Shown piece after piece: positions 1 to 8,241 of a stretch of DNA of 64,000 nt. Where the stretch lies: assembly GCA_965198225.1 (NCBI GenBank), contig CBDAOY010000005.1:128001-192000 (forward strand). Direction: 5' to 3'. Numbering within the stretch: position 1 is the stretch's first letter; every line of letters starts with the position of its first letter. The notes beneath the pieces were generated by a model. It did no database searches, was not told the origin of the DNA, and saw only the letters and a program-made list of their open reading frames with translations. This DNA comes from Terriglobia bacterium. GTDB taxonomy: Bacteria; Acidobacteriota; Terriglobia; 20CM-2-55-15. The position numbers and the translations under genes are program-made.

Positions 1-50
1 CTTGTTCGTCCAACCGAACAGAGTGGGGATCGCCGTAAGGGTTGCGTAGG

Positions 51-176
51 GAAGCGACGGATTCGGCGACGTTTGTGGGTGTGCCCGTGGTGTTGGTGGC
101 GGTTGCGCTGGTGGCGAGTTTTCCGGCGCGGCGGGCGACGCGGGTGGACCCGATTGTTGCGTTGAGGTATGAATGA
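51..176 (+). pseudogene. Orphan 3' tail of an ADOP-family ABC permease (last ~41 codons)
   Basis: Translates to [41 protein letters not shown], near-identical to the end of 3708..6134. An in-frame TAA at 36-38 shows it is not the end of an intact gene. Confidence 0.85.
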
Positions 177-188
177 GTTTTGCTGGCC

Positions 189-365
189 TCAGGCCGCCGG
201 GCCATCTCCGACTGGCCACCCGGGAAGGATCAGGACCGCCGGATGGCATTTGAGAACGCGGGCCAAGACCTTCGCGCGTCCGACCCCAAGCCTGATCCTA
301 TCGTTCTCGATCGCGGAGATGGTGGACTGAGGAATACCAGTTAGCCCTGCGAGCTGGTTCTGGCT
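189..365 (-). pseudogene. 5'-truncated XRE/HigA-like HTH antitoxin
   Basis: Manual translation SQNQLAGLTGIPQSTISAIENDRIRLGVGRAKVLARVLKCHPAVLILPGW...*; HTH_3-like, with no start codon before the fic stop. Confidence 0.75.
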
Positions 366-380
366 TGATCGGTCAGCCCT

Positions 381-1553
381 TTAGCGACCAGGAGTTTCCG
401 GTTCATCTTGTTCGTCAATCGCAAGTCGATCAAAAAGATCTAGATAAGGCTGATACCGGAAGCGCCGATTCCGCTGGCCCCCTGTTGTTTCACGCAGGAT
501 CCCTAGGGCTTCCATCTGACCGATGATTCGGTTTGCCGTGACATAAGAGCATTCAAGCCGGGTCGCTGCTACGGGCACATAAATGATCGGCTGCATGAAG
601 AGCAAGTCTAGCAGCCGAAGACCCATTGGTGACCGCCGTTCCATGGTCTCAGCGACTATCGCGCGATGGTTGTCCCTCAGTTTGAGAATGGCCTGAGCTG
701 TTTCTGTCGCCGATTGGCTGACCTCGAACACTCCCTTCAAGAAAAACTTCAACCATCCCTCCCAGTTCCCGTCCAGGCGAATTGCCATGAGGCGATCGTA
801 GTATTCGGCGCGATGTGCCCTCAGATAGAGACTCAGATACAGCAGGGGCCTCCTCAGAATCTCTTTCTGGCACAGGAGAAAGGTAATGAGCAAACGGCCG
901 ACTCGCCCGTTACCGTCCAGGAACGGATGTATCGTTTCAAACTGTGCGTGAGCAATTCCGCAATGTACGAGGTCCGGAAGATCGGCGTCCGTATGCAAGA
1001 ACTTCTCGAAGTTGTCGAGCGCTGTGTGCATTTCTGGGACTGGAGGCGGAACGTAGGTGGCATTTGCGGGAGTGGATCCGGCCGCGCCAATCCAGTTTTG
1101 GCTAGTTCTGAACTCTCCCGGAGTCCGATTGGCGCCCCGGACGTTGTGTAGAAGGTGGGCGTGTATCTCACGTATCAGCCGGAGCGAAAGAGGTAGTTCC
1201 TCCAAGCGCTCAAGGCCGTAGTTCAGAGCTTCGACATAATTTACGACTTCCTCGACGTCTTTGACCCGTTCCTTGCCGGCCTTCACTTCGAATTGGAGAA
1301 CGTCCTCTAGTGTGCTTTCAGTACCTTCGATTTGTGAACTTAGGACCGCTTCGTGCCGTACGTACATGGCAACGAATAAATCTGGATTCGGCAAGACCGT
1401 AGCCATCCCATCCAGACGGCCGAGGGCGCGATCCGCCCTTGACAGAAGTTGTACGAGCGCATCGTCCATATTGACCGGTGGATGGAATGGAAGGGAGGTC
1501 GGGATGAATGCGGCAAAGTTCGCAGGTTGTTTTATAAATTCCCCAGAACGCAT
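381..1553 (-). CDS. Fic family protein (Fic_N + Fic/DOC + C-terminal HTH)
   Basis: HPFLDGNGRVGR Fic motif; SSQIEG inhibitory motif. Confidence 0.93.
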   Translation of the reverse strand: MRSGEFIKQPANFAAFIPTSLPFHPPVNMDDALVQLLSRADRALGRLDGMATVLPNPDLFVAMYVRHEAVLSSQIEGTESTLEDVLQFEVKAGKERVKDVEEVVNYVEALNYGLERLEELPLSLRLIREIHAHLLHNVRGANRTPGEFRTSQNWIGAAGSTPANATYVPPPVPEMHTALDNFEKFLHTDADLPDLVHCGIAHAQFETIHPFLDGNGRVGRLLITFLLCQKEILRRPLLYLSLYLRAHRAEYYDRLMAIRLDGNWEGWLKFFLKGVFEVSQSATETAQAILKLRDNHRAIVAETMERRSPMGLRLLDLLFMQPIIYVPVAATRLECSYVTANRIIGQMEALGILRETTGGQRNRRFRYQPYLDLFDRLAIDEQDEPETPGR

Positions 1554-1879
1554 AATTACTGGTCTTTTGAATTCGGCTTATTTTGCGGTTTGAGAATAAA
1601 GGGCCAAAATAGGAATTTTTATTTCACAAAACAACTATAACGTAAAATAACGGCGGGCGTTACTGATTAAATGACCCTCCCTTTGCCTCCAAGCTTCCCG
1701 CTGTCGTACGGAAGCGCTCATGTCCTTGCGGGGTGGTATTCGGTATCGTGCCGGCCCTGTCTGTCGAGACCGTTCGACCGAGGTGTTCGTCGAGTGTCGC
1801 AAACCCCCAGACCGCTTATTGAAGGGTTTTTGGTGAGTTTCGAACGGCACGGGCCGGGAGTGGTGAAAGGGCTCTGCCC

Positions 1880-3049
1880 TTACCTCTCGAGCGGAAAGTC
1901 CCGGCTTGGGTCAAGAGAGCGCACAAACTCTCCGGCGGGAAGGATCCAGACCCGGCCTCTGCGCTCGCGTCGTGTTCCCCGGTAAAGCAGAACGAGGTCG
2001 GCTTGCGGGTAGTCGGCCCCGAACGCTTCGAGCCCGCGAAGGTCCGCGGGGCGGATTCGGGACGCGTTCTTCACTTCGACAGCCCAGAACGCAGTGCTAC
2101 CGTAGACGACGAAATCCACCTCGACGCCAGACCGGGTCCGCCAGAAAAACAATTTCGCGTCGGCTTGCCGGTAGGCGAGCCACGCGCGCAGATGCTGTGC
2201 GACCAACCCTTCCAGCGCCGCCCCCTCGATCTCTTCGGGTCGATCGAGCGGCCCTTTCGGCCGGAGGGAACGAAAGACGCCGCTGTCGAAAAGAAAAAAC
2301 TTTGGATGCCGAATCGTTTCGCGCTTCGCGCGGCGTGCGAAGACCGGCACGCGAAACGACAGGAGCAGATCCTCCAGTACTTCCACGTAGGCCGCGACCG
2401 TCTTGCGTTCAACCTCGCACTCGCGAGCCACATTCGCGACGTTCAGGACCGCCGCGTGCGAGAAGCTGACCGCTTCAAGAAAACGCGCAAAGCCGCCAAC
2501 GTTCCGAGCCCATCCCTCCAGCCGGACCTCCTCGTCGATATACAGAGAGGCATACGCACGCAGCACATCGGCCGGGCTCTCTGCTGCAACGACAAGGGGC
2601 AGCAGTCCGGAGGTCAGGGCAGCGTCGAAGTCGAAGTGTTCGAATTCCGCCGCCATAAACGGATGGAGTGTGCGGACGAGGGCCCGCCCGGCCAGGAGGT
2701 TCACGCCGCCCCTCCTGAGCTTTCGGGCGCTGGAACCGGTGAGAACGAAGCGGCGCTTATCCGGAGACTCGATCAGGGCGTGCACGACGTTGAGCAACTC
2801 GGGCACCCGCTGGACTTCATCGATGACAACGGTGGAGTCTTGGGGCGCCCCTCGGATCCACTCGCGCAGACGCTCCGGCCTGGCCATCAACTCACGCGCC
2901 ACGTCTGGCTCCAGAAGATCAATTACGAGCGCTTCCGGCAGGATGTGGTGCAGCCAGGTCGATTTGCCTGTGCCACGGGGGCCCAGCAGGAAGAAGCTTT
3001 GTGAGGGCGGCTCAAAAAACCGACGCTGTAATTCCATTTTGAGTCTCAA
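1880..3049 (-). CDS. AAA_14/DUF4143 ATP-binding protein
   Basis: Walker A GPRGTGKST, Walker B VIDEVQ, LTGSS, C-terminal FWRT..EVDFV..EVK nuclease-like motif. Confidence 0.9.
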   Translation of the reverse strand: MRLKMELQRRFFEPPSQSFFLLGPRGTGKSTWLHHILPEALVIDLLEPDVARELMARPERLREWIRGAPQDSTVVIDEVQRVPELLNVVHALIESPDKRRFVLTGSSARKLRRGGVNLLAGRALVRTLHPFMAAEFEHFDFDAALTSGLLPLVVAAESPADVLRAYASLYIDEEVRLEGWARNVGGFARFLEAVSFSHAAVLNVANVARECEVERKTVAAYVEVLEDLLLSFRVPVFARRAKRETIRHPKFFLFDSGVFRSLRPKGPLDRPEEIEGAALEGLVAQHLRAWLAYRQADAKLFFWRTRSGVEVDFVVYGSTAFWAVEVKNASRIRPADLRGLEAFGADYPQADLVLLYRGTRRERRGRVWILPAGEFVRSLDPSRDFPLER

Positions 3050-3070
3050 AAAGGAAGTAATATATCCGGA

Positions 3071-3079
3071 ATTATAGCA
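3071..3079 (-). promoter_or_regulatory. Extended -10 (TGCTATAAT) upstream of the AAA_14 gene
   Basis: Perfect TGnTATAAT on the minus strand, about 20-35 nt upstream of the start. Confidence 0.5.
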
Positions 3080-3088
3080 CGACCTGCT

Positions 3089-3321
3089 GGGGAGTGTGCC
3101 GGGGATGCCGCTGGTGGGGACTGGATGTGTCGTCGGGATTGGTTTGGCCTATTGCGCTTGGTGGCGTCATGTCGTCGATGTTGTTTGGAGTGGAAAGCGA
3201 CGGATCCGGCGACCTTTGTGAGTGTGCCGGTGGTGTTGGTGGCGGTTGCGTTGGTTGCGAGTCTGACTCCGGTAAGGAGAGCGACGCAGTGAATCCGATT
3301 GTTGCGTTGAGGTATGAGTGA
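3089..3321 (+). pseudogene. Degenerate orphan 3' tail of the ADOP permease (last ~80 codons, frameshifted)
   Basis: Aligns by eye to 5885-6134, with indels (TATTGCG vs TATGCG, GGAAAGCG vs GGAAGCG). Ends NPIVALRYE*. Confidence 0.85.
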
Positions 3322-3469
3322 GAGGGCGCTCTGATAGCGCCCTTGTGCGGTCATAGCGTCAAGCGCCGGCAGTTCCTTTACGGTCGACGCCAGGACATCC
3401 TTTACACCACGTCGGCTGGATCGACAGGACGGATCAAGAATGGTGCTGCGTCCTGAGAGCAGTTCAATC

Positions 3470-3558
3470 TCCCGTCCCCGTCTCCGGCCCTGATCGATCA
3501 GTCCGCGCGGTTCCTGAAACAGCTCGGGCACACGGTGGATCTCGTCGAGAATCGTCCT
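3470..3558 (-). pseudogene. Internal fragment of a second AAA_14/DUF4143 ATPase
   Basis: Translates to ILDEIHRVPELFQEPRGLIDQGRRRG, a Walker B region typical of this family. Confidence 0.6.
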
Positions 3559-3707
3559 GGTAAATCAAAACACATAGTTTCAAATTACAAGAAAACGCAT
3601 GCCACTGACCGCTGTGGTCCAACCCAAAGGTCGAGCCGCCCGGCTGATCCGCATTCGCCCGTAACCGCTCTCTCCTCTCCGAGTAATAACCCCATTGGAG
3701 GTACCCC

Positions 3708-6134
3708 ATGAGCCCACTCGCCCGAGACCTCAAATACGCCACCCGCACGCTCACCCGAACCCCGGCTTTCACCCTCTCGGTCATCCTCGTCCTCGCCCTC
3801 GGCATCGGCGCCACCACGGCCATCTTCTCCCTGGTCGACGCGACGCTGCTGCGGCCGCTGCCCTATGCCAAGGCCGACGAGTTGATGATGATCTGGGAGG
3901 ACGGATCTGCCTTCGGGTTTCCGCGCAACACACCGGCGCCGGCGAACTATTTTGACTGGAAGGCCGACTCCCGGGCGTTTGAGGACATGGCGGCCACCCT
4001 CAGCGTCGCGCGGAATCTCACCGGAGATGGAGAGCCGCTCAGCCTGGAAGCGATCCGCGCGACGGCCAACCTGGCCGCGGTGCTCGGGATCGAACCGCTG
4101 CTCGGTCGCTTCTTCACCGATGACGAGGATCAGCCCGGCGGCGCGCCGGTTGCCGTCATCAGCCACCGTCTATGGCAGCAGCGCTACGGTGGCGACCCCG
4201 AGTTCGTCGGGCGCGAGATCCGTCTGGACGATGCGCCCCGGACCGTCGTCGGCGTGATGGGGCCGCGGATGTCCTATCCCCGGAGCGACGTCGACGTCTG
4301 GGTCCCGATGGCGTTCACCGACAACGAGGCGTCGAGGCGCCAGTCCCATTACCTGAACGTCGTCGGACGACTCCATCCGGATGCGACCACGGAGGGTGCC
4401 GCGGCCGACATGGATCGCATCGCGGCCGCGCTCGAAGCCGAATACCCGGATAGCAACACTAACGTCGGGGCCGTCGTTGTGCCGCTCGAGGACCATTACA
4501 TGGGCGACGTCCGGTCCGGGTTCCTCCTGCTGCTCGCCGCCGTCGGCGCGGTGCTGCTCATCGCCTGCGCCAACATCGCCAACCTGCTGCTGGTCCGCTC
4601 CAGCGGCCGCAGCCGGGAGATCGCCGTGCGGGCTGCCCTGGGAGCGGGGCGCGCGAGGCTCGTGGGCCAGATGCTGACCGAAAGCCTGCTCCTCGCCCTG
4701 GCCGGGGGCGTCGTCGGTGTCGGTTTCGCGTGGTGGAGTTTCCAGTTCCTGGGAGCCCTGGTCCCGGAAAGCGTGACCGGGGCGATCGGACTGGAGATGG
4801 ATCTCCGCGTGTTGGTGGTCGGGCTGGCGGTTTCGCTCGCGACCGGGGTGGTGTTCGGGATTGTCCCGGCGCTGTCCGTATCGCAGGTCCGTTTGAATGA
4901 AACCCTGCAGTCGGCAGGCGGCCGTGCTGGCGTGGGATCGGCATCGCGGCGATTCCGGGACGTCCTGGTCGTGGGCGAAGTTGCCCTGACCGTTGCGCTG
5001 CTGGTAGGGGCGGGTCTGTTGATTCGGTCCTTTGCCTCGGTGCGTGGTGTGGAGCCGGGATACCGGCCCGAGGGCGTCCTTACGCTGCGGATGGACCTGT
5101 CAAGGGCCAAGTACGGCGGCCAGCCGGAACGCCTGCGCTCCTTCTACTACGACGTCCTTGAACGAGTGGAGCGCCTTCCGGGAGTGCAGTCCGCCGGTTT
5201 CGTGTCGTTTCTACCGCTGACGAACCGTGGCGGGTCGCGGGGTTTCCGGATCGAAGGCCGGCCGGCCCCGGGCCCGGGGAACCGGCCCGATGCCAACTAC
5301 CGGCTGGTGACGCCGGATTATTTCCGGACGATGGGAATCCCCATCCAACGGGGACGGGGGATCGAGGACACCGACCGCGCCGACGCCGCGCAGGTAGTCG
5401 TGATCAACGAAACCATGGCGCGCCAGTACTGGCCCGGCGAAGATCCGATCGGGCAGCGGATCGGCGGTTTCGGGGCCGCTTCCTGGTTCACGGTCGTGGG
5501 CATTGCCGGCGATGTCCGGGGAATGGGGCTCGAGGCGCCGGTGCGCGCCCAGTTATACCTGCCGATCGACCAGGATCTGAACTTCAGCTTCTTCAGTCCC
5601 CGGAATCTGGCGATCCGGGCATCGGGGGACCCGATGACGTTGGCCGGGGTGGTCCAGGAGGAGATCTGGCAGGTGGATCCGAACCAGCCGATCAAGGAGG
5701 TGCGTTTGCTGGGCGCGTTCATCGATGACGAGGTGTTCCAGCGGCGGACACAGACGCTGTTGCTGGGAGCGTTTGCGGTGCTGGCGTTGATCGTGGCGTC
5801 GGTGGGGATTTACGGGGTGTTGTCGTATGCGGTGTCGTACCTGACGCGGGAGATCGGGATACGGATGGCGTTGGGGGCGCAGCGGGGGAGCGTGCTGGGG
5901 ATGATCCTCGGGCAGGGGATGTTGCTGGTCGGGATCGGTTGTGTTGTGGGGATTGGGTTGGCGTATGCGCTGGGTGGGGTGATGTCGTCGATGTTGTTTG
6001 GGGTGGAAGCGACCGACCCGGCGACGTTTGTGAGTGTGCCGGTGGTTTTGGTGGCCGTTGCTTTGGTGGCGAGTTTGATTCCGGCGCGGCTGGCGACGCG
6101 GGTGGATCCGATTGTTGCGTTGAGGTGGGAGTAG
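3708..6134 (+). CDS. ADOP-family duplicated ABC permease (MacB_PCD/FtsX x2)
   Basis: 808 aa; [60 protein letters not shown]; GGAGG RBS. Confidence 0.95.
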   Translation: MSPLARDLKYATRTLTRTPAFTLSVILVLALGIGATTAIFSLVDATLLRPLPYAKADELMMIWEDGSAFGFPRNTPAPANYFDWKADSRAFEDMAATLSVARNLTGDGEPLSLEAIRATANLAAVLGIEPLLGRFFTDDEDQPGGAPVAVISHRLWQQRYGGDPEFVGREIRLDDAPRTVVGVMGPRMSYPRSDVDVWVPMAFTDNEASRRQSHYLNVVGRLHPDATTEGAAADMDRIAAALEAEYPDSNTNVGAVVVPLEDHYMGDVRSGFLLLLAAVGAVLLIACANIANLLLVRSSGRSREIAVRAALGAGRARLVGQMLTESLLLALAGGVVGVGFAWWSFQFLGALVPESVTGAIGLEMDLRVLVVGLAVSLATGVVFGIVPALSVSQVRLNETLQSAGGRAGVGSASRRFRDVLVVGEVALTVALLVGAGLLIRSFASVRGVEPGYRPEGVLTLRMDLSRAKYGGQPERLRSFYYDVLERVERLPGVQSAGFVSFLPLTNRGGSRGFRIEGRPAPGPGNRPDANYRLVTPDYFRTMGIPIQRGRGIEDTDRADAAQVVVINETMARQYWPGEDPIGQRIGGFGAASWFTVVGIAGDVRGMGLEAPVRAQLYLPIDQDLNFSFFSPRNLAIRASGDPMTLAGVVQEEIWQVDPNQPIKEVRLLGAFIDDEVFQRRTQTLLLGAFAVLALIVASVGIYGVLSYAVSYLTREIGIRMALGAQRGSVLGMILGQGMLLVGIGCVVGIGLAYALGGVMSSMLFGVEATDPATFVSVPVVLVAVALVASLIPARLATRVDPIVALRWE

Positions 6135-6135
6135 G

Positions 6136-6528
6136 TTAGGTGCGTTCTATGAGCGCACACGCGAGATTCCCGGGATTCAAGAATAGAACCGACGGAGTTC
6201 GTGCAAAACATTCCTGAACCTTTCGGTCGTTGAGGGTCGCGATTCGCTTCAAGATGAGAGCGGAATGGATCGTGAACAACTTCGCCAGTTTGATCTGAGA
6301 TTTTCTCGGTAGTTGCCCGCTCTGGAAATCCTGGGCGTCGATCAGAATCGCGTTGCGGTCATCGGCAATCTGCGACGTAATTGCTGCCAGGACAAGATCC
6401 TGGTTTGCAGCGCTAAACGCATCAGGCGAGATCACTAGGGCAGGTCTCTTCTTAGAAGAGCTGAGGTCGGTGAAAGGGAAAGTGACGAGGACGAGGTCAC
6501 CGCGTCTATAGGTTGTCGTAGACGGCAT
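6136..6528 (-). CDS. PemK/MazF-family type II toxin (C-terminus probably frameshifted)
   Basis: RGDLVLVTFPFTDLSSSKKRPALVIS motif. Removing one T at ~6211 gives a natural end KVQEVLHELRRFYS*. Confidence 0.88.
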   Translation of the reverse strand: MPSTTTYRRGDLVLVTFPFTDLSSSKKRPALVISPDAFSAANQDLVLAAITSQIADDRNAILIDAQDFQSGQLPRKSQIKLAKLFTIHSALILKRIATLNDRKVQECFARTPSVLFLNPGNLACALIERT

Positions 6529-6706
6529 CGTCCTTGTTGTTCCAGAATTCGAAGCTCTTCTCAGCCGCTTTCAGCCAGCTCATGCTCTCTGTCAGGTCAC
6601 GCAGTTCCTCGTCCGAAAAGACGGTGTAAGTCTTTCCGGGGGCCGCGTCCTGGACCTTCTCAAGCGGCCGGAAGACACCGTTCGAGTACTCAACCTTGAC
6701 GCTCAT
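6506..6706 (-). CDS. DUF104/AF2212-like antitoxin
   Basis: VEYSNGVFRPLEKV N-terminus, FEFWNNKDDAVYDNL C-terminus; overlaps the toxin start. Confidence 0.8.
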   Translation of the reverse strand: MSVKVEYSNGVFRPLEKVQDAAPGKTYTVFSDEELRDLTESMSWLKAAEKSFEFWNNKDDAVYDNL

Positions 6707-6793
6707 AAACTCAAGCTCCTCGTACTCTTATAGCATTCCGTACTCAACCTTGACGCTCATAAACTCAAGCTCCTCGTACTCTTATAGCATTCC
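6686..6793. repeat. Exact 54-bp tandem duplication covering the antitoxin -10, RBS and first 7 codons
   Basis: gtactcaaccttgacgctcataaactcaagctcctcgtactcttatagcattcc at 6686-6739 and 6740-6793. Confidence 0.95.
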
Positions 6794-6844
6794 GAGGAAC
6801 AAAAGACCATCAGTGGCGGCCATTGAGAGGTAACGACCAAGATT

Positions 6845-7003
6845 TCACTTAATGTGATTTCTGGCAGATCGCAGGGCTTCGTCGGAAGGGCGGGCCTTTA
6901 ACTTACCTTCCCGATATTCTTTGTATCGGCGTTCGGCTTCGTCGATCCATTCCGATTCCACTAACAGAGCCTTCTGTTTCAAGTCTTTGGCCGAGTCCGA
7001 CAT
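6845..7003 (-). pseudogene. Internally deleted addiction-module antitoxin (paralogue of 12777..12974)
   Basis: MSDSAKDLKQKALLVESEWIDEAERRYKEYREGKLKARPSDEALRSARNHIK*; lacks the central segment (ERAxLA..LIDSLD-type; DRAKLARDLIDSLD in the paralogue). Confidence 0.7.
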
Positions 7004-7027
7004 GTGATCTCTCCTACGTAAAGCTGA

Positions 7028-7240
7028 TTACGCGAGTCTTAGCGGTCGGCCACAGGGCGGGGGTACGGCGCAGCCGTCCTCTTTGGCGGTGGCGCTCCAC
7101 AGGGCCATCGCGTCGTTGATATTCTTCAATGCCGTTTCCTGGCTGTTGCCGTGCGCTATGCAGCCTGGCAGCTCGGGCACTTCGGCAACGAAGAGTTTGT
7201 CCTCCTGGCTCCAGTAGATGACGATCTCGTATTTGAACAT
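7028..7240 (-). CDS. HicB-family antitoxin (solo)
   Basis: YEIVIYWSQED..FVAEVPELPGCIAHG.SQE.AL.NI.DA..LW motif. Confidence 0.9.
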   Translation of the reverse strand: MFKYEIVIYWSQEDKLFVAEVPELPGCIAHGNSQETALKNINDAMALWSATAKEDGCAVPPPCGRPLRLA

Positions 7241-7249
7241 CAGCGTTCG

Positions 7250-7525
7250 TCAGTGCAATTGAAGTCTCAAGCGCTTGCCGAGCGCCTCCGCGAGTTTTTC
7301 AAGCGTTGAGAGACGGATATCTTCTGCGTGGTTTTCCATCCGGGAGATGGCAGATTTCTTCGTTTTGAGCTTCCTGGCCAGTTCTTCCTGGGTGAGCCCG
7401 GCCTGCATGCGTGCCTGCTTGAGTATGATACCCAGCTTGAGCCTCTCGTATCCAAGCTCGAAGTCACGAGCGAAGTCGGGATCTCTTCGCTTTCGCTTCT
7501 TGATGTAACGCTGGGTATCACTCAT
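7250..7525 (-). CDS. XRE/HigA-type HTH antitoxin
   Basis: [28 protein letters not shown]; directly downstream of a RelE-like toxin. Confidence 0.9.
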   Translation of the reverse strand: MSDTQRYIKKRKRRDPDFARDFELGYERLKLGIILKQARMQAGLTQEELARKLKTKKSAISRMENHAEDIRLSTLEKLAEALGKRLRLQLH

Positions 7526-7869
7526 TGCCTGCCCCTCCTGAGGTACTGACGCCGCCTTTTTTCCGCTAACGCGATCTCTTTAGTCGGCGTTTTTCGGGAT
7601 TTCTTGGGGAAACCGTGGCTGATTACCAGGAAAGAACCTTCAAGAAACCCCAGAAATCGTAACGCGACATCTCCGGCCGGAACTCGAATCTCCCAGATTT
7701 CATCGGTGCCTGGCAGCTTTTTCAGGTACCGGCGTGGAACGGCATCCAACTCTTCAATGAGCTGCATAATCCAAACTACTTTCTGAGCGTGCCGGGCTTC
7801 GAGTGAGTCGAGAAACTCCTCCGTCGGGCACCGTCCCGATTCGGTCCGGAAGAAGACGACGGTTCGCAT
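7522..7869 (-). CDS. RelE/HigB (Gp49-like) toxin
   Basis: [42 protein letters not shown]; ATGA overlap with the HTH gene. Confidence 0.9.
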   Translation of the reverse strand: MRTVVFFRTESGRCPTEEFLDSLEARHAQKVVWIMQLIEELDAVPRRYLKKLPGTDEIWEIRVPAGDVALRFLGFLEGSFLVISHGFPKKSRKTPTKEIALAEKRRRQYLRRGRQ

Positions 7870-8106
7870 GTTAGGTTAACAAATATGTGAACATCCAGCA
7901 ACGGCGAGCGGATCTAGGCTTGCACGTGGGCCGCCAACGCCCGGACATGCGTAGAGCGAGATGCGAAGTAGGTGTGAAATGACGAGGGACGGCGCGGCGG
8001 GGCGTGATGGTGTAACTGGTGTGATGGAGTTTCTACAAGGCTGTCAGGGAGCTATTGGGGAAGTTTTCGGAAGTAATCAGGTGGGCCTTCCGGCACCGGC
8101 GCTCCT

Positions 8107-8172
8107 GCCGAGTAGGCCCGGGGAATTTCACCCCGGGCCCCTCAGAGAACCGCAGGTAAGCGTCTCCGCTCA
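8107..8172 (-). mobile_element. 3'-terminal remnant of a group II intron (partial domain V + domain VI)
   Basis: Minus strand reads TGAGCGGAGACGCTTACCTGCGGTTCTCTGAGGGGCCCGGGGTGAAATTCCCCGGGCCTACTCGGC, the typical DV-3'/DVI ending. The 5' arm of DV with the catalytic triad is missing. Confidence 0.65.
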
Positions 8173-8184
8173 AATTCAGGGGAT

Positions 8185-8209
8185 GTGCGGTCATAGACCG
8201 CACCTACAC
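8185..8209 (-). repeat. Single GTAG-type REP
   Basis: gtgcggtcatagaccgcacctacac, same family as the REPINs listed below. Confidence 0.85.
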
Positions 8210-8241
8210 CATAACGCTCCTGCCGCCACTTGCGAATGGCG

